This document shows, in pieces, positions 62,401 through 64,000 of a stretch of DNA of 64,000 nucleotides. Under the pieces are notes generated by a model. The model was not told the DNA's origin. It ran no database searches and was given only the letters and a program-made list of their open reading frames with translations. The translations under genes were made by a program, and so were the position numbers. The stretch is taken from the NCBI RefSeq assembly GCF_009914755.1, contig NC_060939.1. One strand, written 5' to 3'. Each line of letters begins with the position of its first letter. Position 1 is the stretch's first letter. The stretch comes from the human T2T-CHM13v2.0 reference genome, Homo sapiens.

Positions 62401-64000
62401 ATATAGATTATATACTGTACATATAATATCAATGTACCCCAAATATATATTTTTTACTCTACATGAAATATCAAAGTTCACAAACCATACATTATATACT
62501 GTACATAAAATATCAAAGTACCCAAGGTATATATTCTATACTGTACAAAAAATATCAAAGTACCCAAAGCATGTATTATATACTGTACATAAAATATGAA
62601 AGTACATCAAATATATATTTTATTCTGTACATAAAATATCAAAGTACACCAGATATATATTCTATAGTGTACATAAAATATCAAAGTACCCAAACTATAC
62701 ATTATACACTGTACATAAAATATGAAATTACATCAAATATATATTAGGTACATTAAATATGAAAGTACATCAAATATAGATTACATACTGTACATAAAAT
62801 ATCAAAGTACCCCAAATATATATTATATACTCTACATGAAATATCAAAGTTCACAAACTATATATTATATACTGTACATAAAATATCAAAGTACCCATGG
62901 TATATATTCTATACTGTACAAAAAATATCAAAGTACCCAAAGCATGTATTATATACTGTATATAAAATATGAAAGTACATCAAATATATATTTTATTCTG
63001 TACATAAAATATCAAAGTACACCAGATATATATTCTATAGTGTACATAAAATAACAAAGTACACAAACTATAGATTATATACTGTACATAAAATATGAAA
63101 TTACATCAAATATATATTAGGTACATAAAATATGAAAGTACATCAAATATAGATTATATACTGTACATAAAATATCAATGTACCCCAAATATATATTTTA
63201 TACTGTACATCAAAATCAAAGTTCACAAACTATATATTATATACTGTACATAAAATATCAAAGTATCCATGGTATATATTCTATACTGCACAAAAAATAT
63301 CAAAGTACCCAAAGCATGTATTATATACTGTACATAAAATATGAAAGTACATCAAATATATATTTTATTCTGTACATAAAATATCAAAGTACACCAGATA
63401 TATATTCTATAGTGTACATAAAATATCAAAGTACCCAAACTATACATTATATACTGTACATAAAATATGAAATTACATCAAATATATACTACGTACATAA
63501 AATATGAAAGTACATCAAATATAGATTATATACTGTACATAAAATATCAATGTATCCCAAATATATATTTTATACTCTACATGAAATATCAAAGTTCAGA
63601 AACCATATATTATATACTGTACATAAAATATCAAAGTACCCAAGGTATATATTCTATACTGTACAAAAAATATCAAAGTACCCAAAGCATGTATTATATA
63701 CTGTACATAAAATATGAAAGTACATCAAATATATATTTTATTCTGTACAAAGAAATCAAAGTACACCAGACATATATTCTATAGTGTACATAAAATATCA
63801 AAGTACCCAAATTATACATTATATACTGTACATAAAATATGAAATTACATCAAATATATTTTATATTAGGTACATAAAATATGAAACTACATCAAATATA
63901 GATTATATACTGTGCATAAAATATCAAAGTACCCCAAATATATATTATATACTCTACATGAAATATCAAAGTTCACAAACCATACATTATATACTGTACA
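56440..64000 (+). repeat. Right domain: return of the left-domain (2252-type) unit family
   Basis: ORFs 3049/57213, 3308/57472, 3681/57845, 4407/58571 and 5674/59838 are offset by 54164, and 7052/61221 and 7651/61820 by 54169. Shared rare markers are ATGTGAAATT, AAACTGTCCAAAAAA, TGTACCGCAAAT and CATCAAAATCAAAG. Confidence 0.87.

Larger units (their letters stand above)
1..64000 (+). repeat. Human satellite 1A (HSat1A / SAR / classical satellite I) tandem array, 42-bp monomer
   Basis: Continuous 42-bp periodicity with consensus like GTACATAAAATATCAAAGTACCCAAACTATATATTATATACT. Two GTAC (RsaI) sites per monomer give alternating 17-bp (ACATAAAATATCAAAGT) and 25-bp fragments, the defining structure of classical human satellite I. 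Very AT-rich and almost CpG-free. The array extends past both window edges. Confidence 0.96.

Noticed and set aside
41-63784. More than 150 + strand ORFs encoding a 14-residue Tyr/Ile/Lys repeat protein
   Set aside because: They follow from a 42-bp (14-codon) monomer. They are broken at random by 5-bp and 1-bp indels and stop variants that are amplified freely, and they have no unique domains or gene structure.
1-64000. CRISPR-like array (conserved ~17-bp part alternating with a more variable ~25-bp part)
   Set aside because: The variable parts are homologous to each other and cycle every nine monomers rather than being unique spacers. There are no cas genes or leader sequence.
1-64000. Alpha satellite, HSat1B or HSat2/3 identity
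   Set aside because: There is no 171-bp period or CENP-B box, no Alu-derived 2.4-kb unit, and no CATTC pentamers.
1-64000. TATA-box-like motifs and short palindromes (TATATAAAA, TGTACA, GTAC) as promoters or operator sites
   Set aside because: They are expected by-products of an AT-rich monomer repeated about 1500 times, with no independent evidence of function.
1-64000. Repeat-antigen gene from an AT-rich parasite or bacterium
   Set aside because: The sequence matches the human satellite I 17+25 bp structure and 378-bp 9-mer, and no reading frame is maintained across the array.

Overview
The whole 64 kb window is one uninterrupted, single-orientation, very AT-rich tandem array of human classical satellite I (HSat1A; RepeatMasker name SAR), from human or a close ape. 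The chromosome cannot be determined from this window alone. The basic unit is a 42-bp monomer (17-bp ACATAAAATATCAAAGT plus 25-bp ACCCAAA...TATACTGT, bounded by GTAC sites), arranged as a 9-monomer higher-order repeat of 378 bp, or 373 bp when monomer 9 lacks 5 bp. I see no genes, RNA genes, transposons, CRISPR arrays or inversions. The many ORFs are artefacts of a 14-codon monomer that is stop-free in one + strand frame. I did not find a new protein-coding system. The interest lies in the array's layered architecture: a 2252-bp six-unit superstructure at both ends, a near-identical ~20.7/22.5-kb tandem duplication in the middle, nested 2.7, 4.25, 7.2 and 7.6 kb duplications, recurrent 7-mer, 4-mer and 5-mer structural variants, and several breakpoints that can be mapped to about 10 bp. 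Offsets come from matching ORF-track starts and from diagnostic variants read by eye, not from computed alignments. Monomers are labelled here by their frame translation: M1 YESTSNIDY, M2 YQSTPNIY, M3 YQSSQTIY, M4 YQSTQGIY, M5 YQSTQSMY, M6 YESTSNIYF, M7 YQSTPDIY, M8 YQSTQTIH, M9 YEITSNIY.
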